Shown in pieces: positions 11,848 through 22,773 of a DNA stretch of 64,000 nt. Each line of letters opens with the position of its first letter. Positions within the stretch are counted from its first letter, which is position 1. Source of the stretch: Ascoidea asiatica JCM 7603 (Eukaryota; Fungi; Ascomycota). The notes under the pieces are model-generated. The model did no database searches and was not told the DNA's origin. It was given only the letters and a program-made list of their open reading frames with translations. Made by a program: the position numbers and the translations under genes. Location of the stretch: positions 160,629-224,628 of the forward strand of contig BCKQ01000017.1 of the NCBI GenBank assembly GCA_001600695.1. The letters run 5' to 3'.

Positions 11848-13488
11848 ATGAGTGTATGTGCTATTTGCTAGAATATTTTACTATGTCTGAAACTTTCAAA
11901 AACTAACTTTCTTTTTGTTAATTTATTACTTTATTAACTTTGTTTAATAATGTTGAAGTCAGGAATTCAACCTTCTTTTGAAAGTCTATATGATCTAATT
12001 TTACAACACAGATCTTCTATAGGTCAAGACTCTCTTTATAATTTATATCCAATATATTCCTTCCTTAATAATGATTCATTAACTCCTCATTTAGCATACT
12101 TAAAATTATCTGATATAACTCCAAAAGTTCCAAGTTTTTTAATGGAATCTGCTAAAAATGGTGATACTTTAGGTAGATATTCTTTTATTGGGGTAAATCC
12201 AAGAAAAATCATATCTTCTGGTATAAATAATGATCAATCTACTTATGTTGATCCATTAATTAATCTTGAGATTGAATTGAATAAATTTAAACAAGCTCCA
12301 ATTCCTGGTTCAAATATACCCCCTTTAAATGGTGGTGCAATTGGTTATATTAGTTATGATTGTATAAAATATTTTGAACCAACTACAAAAACCCCATTAA
12401 AAGATACTTTAAATTTACCTGAATCAATGATTATGCTTTTTGATTTAATTATCGCCTTTGATAATGTATTTCAAAGATTTCAAATTATAAATAATATTCA
12501 AATTTCTATTAATGATAATAAATCCAAAATTTTAGAAAAATATAATTCAGCTTCTTTACAGATTAAAAAAATTGAGTCAAAGTTATTAGATAATACTTCA
12601 AAAATTCCATATCCAGTTCAACCAAAAATTGTTAAAAATCAAAAATTTACTTCAAATATTGGTCAAAGTGGTTATGAAAATTATGTTAAAACTTTAAAAA
12701 ATCATATATTAGTAGGTGATATTATTCAAGCTGTACCTTCTCAAAGAATCTCAAGACCAACTTCTTTACATCCTTTTAATATCTATAGACAATTAAGAAA
12801 TGTAAATCCTTCTCCATATTTATTTTATATTGATTATTTAGATTTTCAAATTGTGGGTGCTTCTCCTGAATTATTAGTTAAAACTGATGAAAAAAATAAA
12901 GTTATAACTCATCCAATTGCTGGAACTATAAAAAGAGGTAAAACTAAAGAAGAAGACGATAACTTTGCTAATATTTTACAAAATTCAAAAAAAGATAGAG
13001 CCGAACATATTATGTTAGTAGATTTAGCTAGAAATGATATTAATAGAGTTTGTGATCCTTTAACAACTTCGGTTGATAGATTATTAACAATTGAAAGATT
13101 TTCTCACGTAATGCATTTGGTATCTGAAGTTTCAGGTACGTTAAGACCAGATAAAACTAGATTTGATGCATTCAGATCAATTTTTCCTGCTGGAACTGTT
13201 AGTGGTGCTCCAAAAGTTAAAGCAATGCAATTAATATCAAAATTAGAAGGTGAAAAAAGAGGTGTTTATGCAGGTGCTGTTGGAAATTGGGGTTATGATG
13301 GTAAAATAATGAATACTTGTATTGCTTTAAGAACAATGGTTGTTAAAGATGGTATCGCATATTTACAAGCAGGTGGTGGAATCGTTCATGATTCTGATCC
13401 AACTGATGAATATATTGAAACAATGAATAAAATGAAAGCAAATAATAATACAATTTTGCAAGCTGAAGAAAATTTTGGTTCTGATTAA
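11848..13488 (+). CDS. TRP2: Anthranilate synthase component I; probable structure exon 1 11848-11853, intron 11854-11958, exon 2 11959-13488
   Basis: Motifs FLMESA, GDIIQAVPSQR, NPSPY, ASPELL, AEHIMLVDLARND, FPAGTVSGAPK; ATGAGT|GTATGT donor, AACTAAC branch 11901-11907, in-frame AAG acceptor. Confidence 0.95.
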
Positions 13489-13634
13489 TTTATTGTTCAA
13501 TCAATTAGATAGTCTCTATAGTATTAAATAGTATATTATAGTGAAAGACAATAAAATATAATAGAAAATTGTCAATAATAAACTTCTCTTTTAAATCCAA
13601 TTTAAAACGAAATTGAAACAGTAACTCGTTAAAA

Positions 13635-16600
13635 TTATGGTTTTGAAGATAATAAATTGTGAACACTATCTTCAACATTTATATCGTCTTTTTCTTTTGA
13701 AATCAATGAAGCTAATAAATTTCTGGTTTCAAAACCCCAAATGTGTTCTCTTATCAATTCTTCTGATTTTTGACAAGATTTGGATATTTTAAAAGCACTA
13801 TCTAATATATCTTCTGGTAACCAAGCTAATTTGGCAGCATTGAGACCATAGGAACTTTTTGATATCCCTTCTTTCAAAGTGTAAAGAAAAGTGATTGTAG
13901 GAAATCTACTTTTGTCACTATTTTCATCCTCTAAGTATCCCATATGATAATTTTTCACAAGCTTAGAATATTTTTCTTCAAGTTTTGAAATTGAAATAAA
14001 ATGTGTGATAAATAACACTAAAGGCTTGATATCTTTACTTTCCAAAAAGTATTCTAGGACTGAACTTGCAATCGAAGATCCATCAATTGTTCCTGTCCCT
14101 CTGCCTATTTCATCTAAAATTATCAAAGATTTAGAATCACAATTATTCAAAATATTATTCGTTTCAATCATTTCAACCATAAAAGTAGACTGATTTCCAA
14201 TTAAATTATCTTCAGCCCCCATTCTGATGTGAACAGAACTGAAAGCAGACAAAGAACAAAAATCTGCTGGAACATAACAGCCTATTTGAGCCATTATAAC
14301 AATTAATGCAATCTGTTTAACAAACGATGATTTTCCTCCCATATTAGGACCTGTTAATATTATGGTTCTATTTTCATTTCGACTCATTGTTAAATCATTC
14401 GGTATATATGCTTGTTCTTCAAGAATTTGTTCTATTATAGGATTTCGACCATTCTTTATATTAATATATTGTTCGGTTTCATTATCAATAAAATTAGGCT
14501 TTACATAGTTTAATTTAGAAGATGTGATAGCAAGAGATATTAATGAGTCAATCATTGAAAGTTTCTCAATTAGTTTGTTTAAGTAAATGTAGTTGTCATC
14601 TATTTCACCTAAAAATTCATTCTTAAAAAAGTTGTCATTTTTGATAACTAATAAATCATTTAAATAGTTTTTCCTTTTTAATATCTCGATACATTTTGGC
14701 GTTCTGAATCTGGAAACTTTTTTTGTAGATGATATCTTTAGCCAATTATTCGGCAAATTCCGAGTATTACTATTCATAACCTCAATCAAAAGAGGCTCTT
14801 TTGATACTGTAGAATAATTAAGAGTTGGCCTTCTTAACATTTTCCTTACTAAATTTAATTCATCTTTTGCTGAAATATCTGTTTCGTCGATTTCTTCCTC
14901 TATTTCTAGTAAGCTGTTTCTGAAACTCGAAAAAGTGTTCATGAACTTGTCATGAGATCTTTCTTCGGTACTTAAAGGATCAGTTTCATTATTAGTATAA
15001 GATGAAATTTGTGATTTGAAAAAATTTAGAATTTTTTCATCTGGTTCAATATTTTTATCTAATGCCACAGAACTATCAATCATATTTATATAGTTTGTAA
15101 TTTTTATATCTAAGGTTTTACAAATCAAACTAATTTCATTAAATAGATGAAGTAATTCTTTGTTTTTAAAACACTTTTCAAAACTTTTAGCCTCATAATT
15201 ATTTATGAAAATATTTGTAATACCCTTAAAATGTTTCAAAAGTAAATATATCTCCTTTCTGCTAGATCTCTTATAATGTGCTCTCATTATACTTCGTTCA
15301 ATATCAACACTATTTTTTTTCAAAAAACTAATTAGAAGTTCGATCAAATAGAATACATTTCTTTTTTCCTTACTTGTTGAATCAGAAAAAGTAAAAATCT
15401 CTACCAAACTTTCAACTGAATTGATTCTATTGTATATAGAGTTCATGTTTATTAATGGTTTCAAGATCCAAGATCTAAGCATTCTGTATCCACTTTTTGT
15501 GGTAGTATTATCCAAAAGCCACATCAAAGAACCTTCTTCTTTTTGATTGGTTGAATTATTGAAAATTTCAAGATTTTTAATTGTTTGTGAAGATAAAATC
15601 ATATGATTAAAGCTTTGAAAGGATTTATAATTTGAAAACAATTTAAAAATACTATCAAGCTTGAATTCTTTTAAATATTGAATTGAAAAGAGTATCCCTG
15701 TTTTAATATCAGAATCAAATGAAGATATTAAATTTTTAAGCTCCTCGCTTTTTTCCTCATCATTATTTTGATGATCATTTTCGTCAAAGTAACTTAAAAG
15801 TTTGTCTTCATACTGTAAAGGATTTGGATATCCTTCGAAATCTTTTACTCTTATATTTTGATTATTCCATCCTCCAAATCTTTTTTCAAGCATTTTTCTA
15901 GTTATATCTGTAAAAGAACTTTTTACTATTATAAATTCGTTTGAGTCAAAAAAAAGCAATCTTGATTCCAATTCATTTCTTAAAAAATTGTCATGAAAGC
16001 TGTCATAAATAATATCTCCAGTACTTGGTTGAACTGCAACTAAAGAAATAGAAACATCATCTATTTTAGGGTTCTGTTTTTCAATAATTGAAATGATGTA
16101 ACTATTTTTTTTAGAATTAAAAATCACATCTTCATTTAAATTATCTTCCACATAAGTAGCAGAAGTGAAAACTTTTGTTATTTCCCGTTTGAATAAATTG
16201 CTTCCTTGTTTTATACTTGCTTTTTCAGTTTGTTCCACAACGCCAACTTTCAATCCACGAGAAATCAATCTTTTTATATGAATATGCAATCTATCAAGAG
16301 GAATTGATGAATGAGCCAATTTACTTTTGCTGTCAATATTTATTTTATCTATTTCAATTATACCTGGTATTAACATAATTTGAAGAATTTGTGACGCAAT
16401 CACAGCATCTTGTGCATAAAATACAAATTTATATCCACTCTGAACAACTAACAATTTATCAGGATTTTCAATCTTTAAATCAACATAAAATTGCTCTAAT
16501 GGAGTTAATTTTGGTTGACTTTTTTTAGCTTTTTTATTCACAAATTTTTTTATTTTCAGGTCTTGAGATTCTAATTGAGATGAGGATCGTTTTAAACTTT

Positions 16601-17117
16601 GAGATGTTTTGGAAATTGTATTTGTAGAATTCAAAGTTTCATTTGATTTATCATTAGAATTGCCTGGAGGATTTGTTTTGTCTTGATTGAAATTATTATC
16701 TGTTTTTAATCTAAATTTTTGGAAAATACTGGGTAGAATCTTTTGTTTCTGGTTTAAGTCTTTTTCAGTTAAATTTTCCAGATCGATTATTTCTTTTTGG
16801 TTTATTGCAACCTGCTTTTCGAGATCTACAACTATTGGTTCTTTATATTGTCCTTGTTGATTAATCTCAGTTTCTTCTTTCGAAAAGACTGTTAAATCAA
16901 TATCATCATATATGTTACCATACTTATCCACAATATCATTATCTTGTGTTAAATCAATGGTGTCAGATATTGATTCTTTATGCGTACTAACCGGTTTTGG
17001 TTTAAAAAAGTGACTAATCGATGGTTGAGAATTGGTATTTTGTTTATTGGGAGATTTTTTCTTTTTTGTTGTAATACTTTGACTCTTTGATGGAAAATAG
17101 ACACTTTTACGAACCAT
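13635..17117 (-). CDS. MSH3: MutS homologue 3 (mismatch repair)
   Basis: PIP box QPSISHFF, Msh3-type GYKF motif (not GxFYE), TGPNMGGKS, STFMVEM, LDEIGRGT, FITHF. The first ATG is 17117; the track start at 17159 is TTG. Confidence 0.95.
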   Translation of the reverse strand: MVRKSVYFPSKSQSITTKKKKSPNKQNTNSQPSISHFFKPKPVSTHKESISDTIDLTQDNDIVDKYGNIYDDIDLTVFSKEETEINQQGQYKEPIVVDLEKQVAINQKEIIDLENLTEKDLNQKQKILPSIFQKFRLKTDNNFNQDKTNPPGNSNDKSNETLNSTNTISKTSQSLKRSSSQLESQDLKIKKFVNKKAKKSQPKLTPLEQFYVDLKIENPDKLLVVQSGYKFVFYAQDAVIASQILQIMLIPGIIEIDKINIDSKSKLAHSSIPLDRLHIHIKRLISRGLKVGVVEQTEKASIKQGSNLFKREITKVFTSATYVEDNLNEDVIFNSKKNSYIISIIEKQNPKIDDVSISLVAVQPSTGDIIYDSFHDNFLRNELESRLLFFDSNEFIIVKSSFTDITRKMLEKRFGGWNNQNIRVKDFEGYPNPLQYEDKLLSYFDENDHQNNDEEKSEELKNLISSFDSDIKTGILFSIQYLKEFKLDSIFKLFSNYKSFQSFNHMILSSQTIKNLEIFNNSTNQKEEGSLMWLLDNTTTKSGYRMLRSWILKPLINMNSIYNRINSVESLVEIFTFSDSTSKEKRNVFYLIELLISFLKKNSVDIERSIMRAHYKRSSRKEIYLLLKHFKGITNIFINNYEAKSFEKCFKNKELLHLFNEISLICKTLDIKITNYINMIDSSVALDKNIEPDEKILNFFKSQISSYTNNETDPLSTEERSHDKFMNTFSSFRNSLLEIEEEIDETDISAKDELNLVRKMLRRPTLNYSTVSKEPLLIEVMNSNTRNLPNNWLKISSTKKVSRFRTPKCIEILKRKNYLNDLLVIKNDNFFKNEFLGEIDDNYIYLNKLIEKLSMIDSLISLAITSSKLNYVKPNFIDNETEQYINIKNGRNPIIEQILEEQAYIPNDLTMSRNENRTIILTGPNMGGKSSFVKQIALIVIMAQIGCYVPADFCSLSAFSSVHIRMGAEDNLIGNQSTFMVEMIETNNILNNCDSKSLIILDEIGRGTGTIDGSSIASSVLEYFLESKDIKPLVLFITHFISISKLEEKYSKLVKNYHMGYLEDENSDKSRFPTITFLYTLKEGISKSSYGLNAAKLAWLPEDILDSAFKISKSCQKSEELIREHIWGFETRNLLASLISKEKDDINVEDSVHNLLSSKP

Positions 17118-17664
17118 TTTCACTCTTTTGCTTTCTGCATTGGATCCAAAATACTTCAAATCTGGTGTATTTCATGAACTTTTCACTTCTCTTTTTTTTG
17201 AATTATTTTAGCTTTTTCACCAAGACAGGCAAATGAAAATGTTAAGGCTATTTTCCACTTTGTGTTCCGCGAGAGAGAGAAGGACTCCCGGTAAATTAGT
17301 CTCAGTGCGTAAAGCGAACTAAATCTTTAGTAAAAGAAGCTTTATTACAGAGTTTACTGAAGAGAATTGAAAAAATTCTGAAGAACTTCCTTTTGTTGAA
17401 GGAAAATCATTATGAAGAATTGAAAGATGTAAAATAAATTAAACTAAAATATAAGATATATAACAGAAGAAATGAAATAGGATAATGGACAAAACTTTTT
17501 TTTTATTAAAAAAAATATGCAACAATGATCAAACTTTTTGAAAAATAAAAAAAATCATATTACAAAAGATTTAAAACAGGATAACAATAAAATAAGGTAT
17601 CAATAAGAAAATGGACTTCTAAAAAAAAACATAAAGCTTTATAAGTAAAATTAATACTACTGAT

Positions 17665-20600
17665 TTAAATTATTATTTCTAATTTATCACAAACGCATTT
17701 AATTTTATGACCATCAGATTTATCTACAGGAAAAAAGTCAATTCCGCCTAAGTTTAACCTTCTTAAATGTTTTAAAGAATTGAAAAATTTTTTAACATGA
17801 GAAGAAATAGAATGAACTAATAAACCAATGTTAATTGATAAATCATTTTGAGTGATTTGGTATTCTCCCATAGTTCCATGTAAAGAAAAACTAGAACATG
17901 GAAGCTCAAACATTTCTAATCCAGAATACATATTTATTGAATGTTTATGATTATGAATCAAAAGACGAGACCTTAAGATTGTTAACAAAAAAATGTAAAA
18001 TGCTTTATAACTCTTAATTTTTGAAATATTGTTTTCATCCAAGTAAAACATATTAGCCATAGAGTTTACATTTGTATAAACTTTATAATTATTTGAATGA
18101 AAATCAAAATTTTGTCTGGCCATCATACAAGACGAACAATCGCAAGAATTTAAATCTTTGATAAATTGATTAGAATGATTATAATTTGTTGGATTAAAAT
18201 GAAAATTTGAAATTAAAAAGGTGGACCAATTATGAAAGAAATCTGGAATCATTAAAGTTTTTAAATTGGGAGATAAACACTCAAGAATCTTTTGAAAAAT
18301 TTGTGATTTTTCAATTATTTGAGATTGTACAATATTTGTATCCAGGTTTTCATCAAACTCGATATAATTACTTAATTCTAGATAAAAATAGTTTAGATTA
18401 CCGAAAAATGGAAGATATGTCAATAATACCTCATGCCAATAAAATTCATTAACAATTGAAATTTCCTTGAATTCTTCACTTCTATTATTTAAACAAGAAG
18501 TAGATTCTTCATCTAAATGTGGATAATTAATAATTGATAATTTTTTCAAAGACTCAAAAGGCTTTTTAATAGATTCATTTTCTTCAATATTTGCTCTTGA
18601 AAGTTTAAGTTTATTTTCAGCTTTTTTCTTTGAAAAATTGATATATAAATAATCATTTTCTTCATCTTCATTATAATTTTCATTATAATCATCATATTGG
18701 TCCTGATAGTTTTCATTATCAAATTTTTGAGAGTATAAATTATTATAATAAGAATACCAATCATTGAAGAATTCGATGATTGAATTTTGATTGGTTAAAA
18801 TATCATTGTCTCTAAATTTAATTTCAAAATTTTGAATTGAATTCAAATTTAAAATTGAGAGTAAGTTTGCAAAATTGAAATTTTTTTCATTGTTTAAAGT
18901 TGTTATAGAAAAAGTTGATAAATTTGATAAAATTAACTTATTTTTTTCAAATAAATAAATTATTTTATTGTAATTGTAATTATCATTGGAAATTGAATTT
19001 GGATTTAAATTTGAGTTAAAATAATTATTGAAATCTAAATTACCAGAAGATTTATTTAAAATAAAAGAAAATAAAAGTTTTTTGAAACTCAAAAGCGTAT
19101 GAATGAAATCATTAGATAAAAAAGAAGAATTTAAATATAAATGATTTAAATTTAACAAATAATTAAATCCATTTAAATTCAAATTAAATTCTGGTCTAAA
19201 AACGGAATGAGTGTTATAAGAGAAAATAATTAATTTATTCTTATCTTTTTTAATTGAATTTTTATTAAATTTATTTATATCATTAATGTTATTATTCAAA
19301 GCGATAAAAGAAGGTAATAGATTTATATTATTCAATAATGAAATTTGATAAGATGATAATGGTATAATATTATTATAATAAATATTTTGATTTTTATCAT
19401 TATTAAATTTATTAATATCATTAGAAAAATGATGAAAAGAATTATGAATAACTTTATTTTTATTGAAAGTTAAAAAATCACCAAATTTTTTAATATTATA
19501 ATAATCATAATTTATTAGATTTAAGTTGATTAAATTATTATTTGAATGTTTAAAATAAGAATTATAGAAAATATTATATAAAGAATTATAAGGATTTTCA
19601 ATTAAATTATATTTTGTTAAATTACATGAGTTTGTAAATATTAAAATTTTATTGATAATTTTTTTTTTTAATAAATTTTTATTCAATTTTAAAGAATTTA
19701 TGAATAAATTTAAATTTTCAAATATTAATATAGTATAGTTTGAATAAAAATGATTGCAAGAATAATTGAACTGATTTGAATTGATTATGATTATTTTGTT
19801 GTATAAAACATTTATTGATAAATTATAAAAAAAAGAATTTGATAGAGATAATTGAATTAAGTCGGATTGCAAAGGAATAAATTTAATAATTTTTAAAAGA
19901 ATTGAAATTGGTAAAGAGCTGAAAGAAATTTTATTATTATTGTTTGAAGAAAATTTATTTGAAGATTTATTTGAAGAATTTTTCAAAGAATTATTTATAT
20001 GTAAATTACTTGTTGTGTTTAAAGATAATGGAATTGGATACAAAGATAAATTAGAAGATGGTGATTGATATTGAGAAATCGTTGAATTTTGAGTTTTTGA
20101 TTTAGATTTTAAATTGGAATTTATATTAGAATTTAAGTTGGATTTTGAGTTTGAATTTGAGTATGAATAAGACCTTGAATATGCTTTCGATTTCGATTTT
20201 GGTGATGTTGCTGATAAATTTGTTATTACTGAAGATTGATTTAAATTTTGATTAATTGGTTGAAGAATTTTACTAATTTTATTAAATTTAATATTTCTAT
20301 TATTAATTTTATTATTTGTTTTATTATTAATACTATTGATATTAAAATTATTATTTGATATTGAATTTTTAATTGATTGAGTGATTGAATCTACAAAATA
20401 TTTTTGTTGAAAAATTTGATTTCTATCTAAAGAATTTTTTAAAGGATTCGATAGAGAACTATCAAAAGAATTTGGTAAGGAGTTTGAAAATGAGATTGAA
20501 TTTAAATCATTTGAAGAAGAAAAAAAATCTAAATTAATAAAATTATAAGTGAATTTAGATATTGAATCTGAATCTGAATCTGAATTTGAATTTGAATTAG

Positions 20601-20997
20601 AGATTAAATTTGAATAAATTGATAAATTTGAAGTTGAATTTTTATTTGATTGTTTTTTGATGACTTTTGACTGATTTTTAATTAAATTTGTTAATAGAGA
20701 AGTTTTTTTTTTCAATAAATGAGGTTTGTTTAGTTGAATATTTTGATTTTTTTCATTATTTTCATTATTTTCATTATTCTTTTGATTTTGATTTTGATTT
20801 TGATTTTGTTGAAAATTCAGAGAACATTGATAATCTTTACTTTGGATTTTATAAGAATTTATTACAGAGTTTTTATATATTTGTTTATTAAAATGATAAT
20901 AATTAGATTCTTGTAATTTATCATTTGCTTTCAGAGAATTTGGAATTGGTATTGAATTTTTATATTGAATTGAATCAGATTCAATTATTTCCGACAT
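17665..20997 (-). CDS. F-box protein with a long low-complexity N terminus
   Basis: F-box-like FSSLPISILLKIIKFIP..DLIQLSLSNS.FY.L....LY; C-terminal IPDFF and CDCSSC motifs; no WD40 repeats seen. Confidence 0.75.
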   Translation of the reverse strand: MSEIIESDSIQYKNSIPIPNSLKANDKLQESNYYHFNKQIYKNSVINSYKIQSKDYQCSLNFQQNQNQNQNQKNNENNENNEKNQNIQLNKPHLLKKKTSLLTNLIKNQSKVIKKQSNKNSTSNLSIYSNLISNSNSNSDSDSDSISKFTYNFINLDFFSSSNDLNSISFSNSLPNSFDSSLSNPLKNSLDRNQIFQQKYFVDSITQSIKNSISNNNFNINSINNKTNNKINNRNIKFNKISKILQPINQNLNQSSVITNLSATSPKSKSKAYSRSYSYSNSNSKSNLNSNINSNLKSKSKTQNSTISQYQSPSSNLSLYPIPLSLNTTSNLHINNSLKNSSNKSSNKFSSNNNNKISFSSLPISILLKIIKFIPLQSDLIQLSLSNSFFYNLSINVLYNKIIIINSNQFNYSCNHFYSNYTILIFENLNLFINSLKLNKNLLKKKIINKILIFTNSCNLTKYNLIENPYNSLYNIFYNSYFKHSNNNLINLNLINYDYYNIKKFGDFLTFNKNKVIHNSFHHFSNDINKFNNDKNQNIYYNNIIPLSSYQISLLNNINLLPSFIALNNNINDINKFNKNSIKKDKNKLIIFSYNTHSVFRPEFNLNLNGFNYLLNLNHLYLNSSFLSNDFIHTLLSFKKLLFSFILNKSSGNLDFNNYFNSNLNPNSISNDNYNYNKIIYLFEKNKLILSNLSTFSITTLNNEKNFNFANLLSILNLNSIQNFEIKFRDNDILTNQNSIIEFFNDWYSYYNNLYSQKFDNENYQDQYDDYNENYNEDEENDYLYINFSKKKAENKLKLSRANIEENESIKKPFESLKKLSIINYPHLDEESTSCLNNRSEEFKEISIVNEFYWHEVLLTYLPFFGNLNYFYLELSNYIEFDENLDTNIVQSQIIEKSQIFQKILECLSPNLKTLMIPDFFHNWSTFLISNFHFNPTNYNHSNQFIKDLNSCDCSSCMMARQNFDFHSNNYKVYTNVNSMANMFYLDENNISKIKSYKAFYIFLLTILRSRLLIHNHKHSINMYSGLEMFELPCSSFSLHGTMGEYQITQNDLSINIGLLVHSISSHVKKFFNSLKHLRRLNLGGIDFFPVDKSDGHKIKCVCDKLEIII

Positions 20998-21872
20998 TAT
21001 ATTTTTATTAAAAGTAAAGTAAAATAAGAATATAATAAATAAAAAATAATAAGTATTACAGCAGTAGAATTTATCAGATTTATATAGTTAAATAATATCT
21101 TTCAAAAATATTTTAATAATTTATCAATAATTTATTTTGAGAAACCTGGGGTGTTTATATAAAGCTAGGTGTCATTCACTTAAAGGAATATTTTAAAAAC
21201 TCTTAAAGAATTTTTTTAAAAAACAAAGTTATTTAAAATTTATAAAAAAATTTTTAATAAAAATATCGAATAGATATTAACAGAACATTTACAAGATATT
21301 TTCCGAATAGTGAAAAAAGAATGAAATATTAAATGAGTAAAAGAATAACTTCAATGGGGATAAAAGCAAAATCAAAACTAAGCGACATTTGATCTTTATT
21401 TATACTTCAATCTCCATAACACAATTGCAATTGCAATTGCAATTACAAATTATCTTAACATTTTTCAACAATTTCACCAGAGTTTAAACATCGATTTAAA
21501 ACAAATGGAAAAAACTAGAAAAAGCTGTGAAAAAATGAATGAAAAAGTGGAAAAAAGTGGTGGACCGAGTAAAGAAACAAAAATCAACAATCTTCTTACA
21601 CACACAACTCTGGCGCTGTTGTGGTGAAGAGGTTATTTGATTAGTTAATTAATTGATTAATTGATTAATTAATGAATGTTTGGCTTTTTAACCATGGCAA
21701 AAGAGATGTGGACAATGTGGCTGTTGTGGTGATCGTGGTTACTGCAGTAACCCCAGAAATTGATGTTAATTAAACTATTTCTGGTTCTTATACATTTCAG
21801 TTGTACTGGCGTTGCTTCAGAGACGTGTTAGATTGAAAAAGTTGAGAAAACAAAAAACTAAAAACTCGCTGG

Positions 21873-22190
21873 AAACTGTGGGGTTGAAATAAATTCAGAT
21901 AAATTTCTGGAAATTAGAATGTCTTCTGCAAACCGTTTCCGAGGAAACATCGGCTCCACGATCTTGGTTTTCGTATGGCACCCCTACCATGGCCTCTTCC
22001 CCCCTATGAAAACCTATGGTTGGCACCCCACAGTGCCACTTTAAGCATGCTGTGTGTCCCGACAACGGGACCTCGCAGAGTCTAGTTTGTTGCCAAGCCT
22101 AAATAGCTAAACACACCACGCACGCGCCACACGTTTTACGGCTATCTAATGGCTTCGGAACAACCGAAAGTTTAAATGTGTATTCACGTG
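21873..22190. promoter_or_regulatory. Met31/32-type (AAACTGTGG, CCACAGT) and Cbf1-type (TCACGTG) sites
   Basis: AAACTGTGG 21873-21881, CCACAGT 22028-22034, TCACGTG 22184-22190. Confidence 0.45.
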
Positions 22191-22773
22191 TGCCGTTTGC
22201 CTTCGCTTTTAGAGTTTCCTAGTTGATTCTTTTTTATCAAATCCAAGTTTATGGTTTTATATTTGCACATGATCTGAACTATTATTCTTTTAGTCATGTG
22301 TGTAACTTGGGAATTTCTTATGTTATTGCATAATAGTCAGGGTTTTATTTGCTTACTTTAGTATATATTGCGCGGTGAAAAAGTATTTATTGTCCTATAA
22401 CTAGAGGTATTCCTATACAAATATTTGATCTTAACGCAAAACTAAAATTATTGAACACGCAGCACAAATAATGCGTTTCATAACAATCTAAGCAAAAAAA
22501 ATTTATGTTACTCATCTGACTGAAAAGCTGAAAAATGACTAAACTCAATGTATTTAACTATTTACCATACTGAATTAACTTTACTTTTGAATATTCATTT
22601 GAAAATTTCATACATTAAAATTGAGAAGATTAAATTATAATTGTAAATATATTTATTTTTTTTATTTCCATATTCATTTTTGTTTTCAATTTTTATTTTT
22701 CTTTGTATTTTTGTCTCTTTGAATTCATTAAATTAAGTTTAATTGCTTTAATCTTTGAAAGATTTTTAAATTT

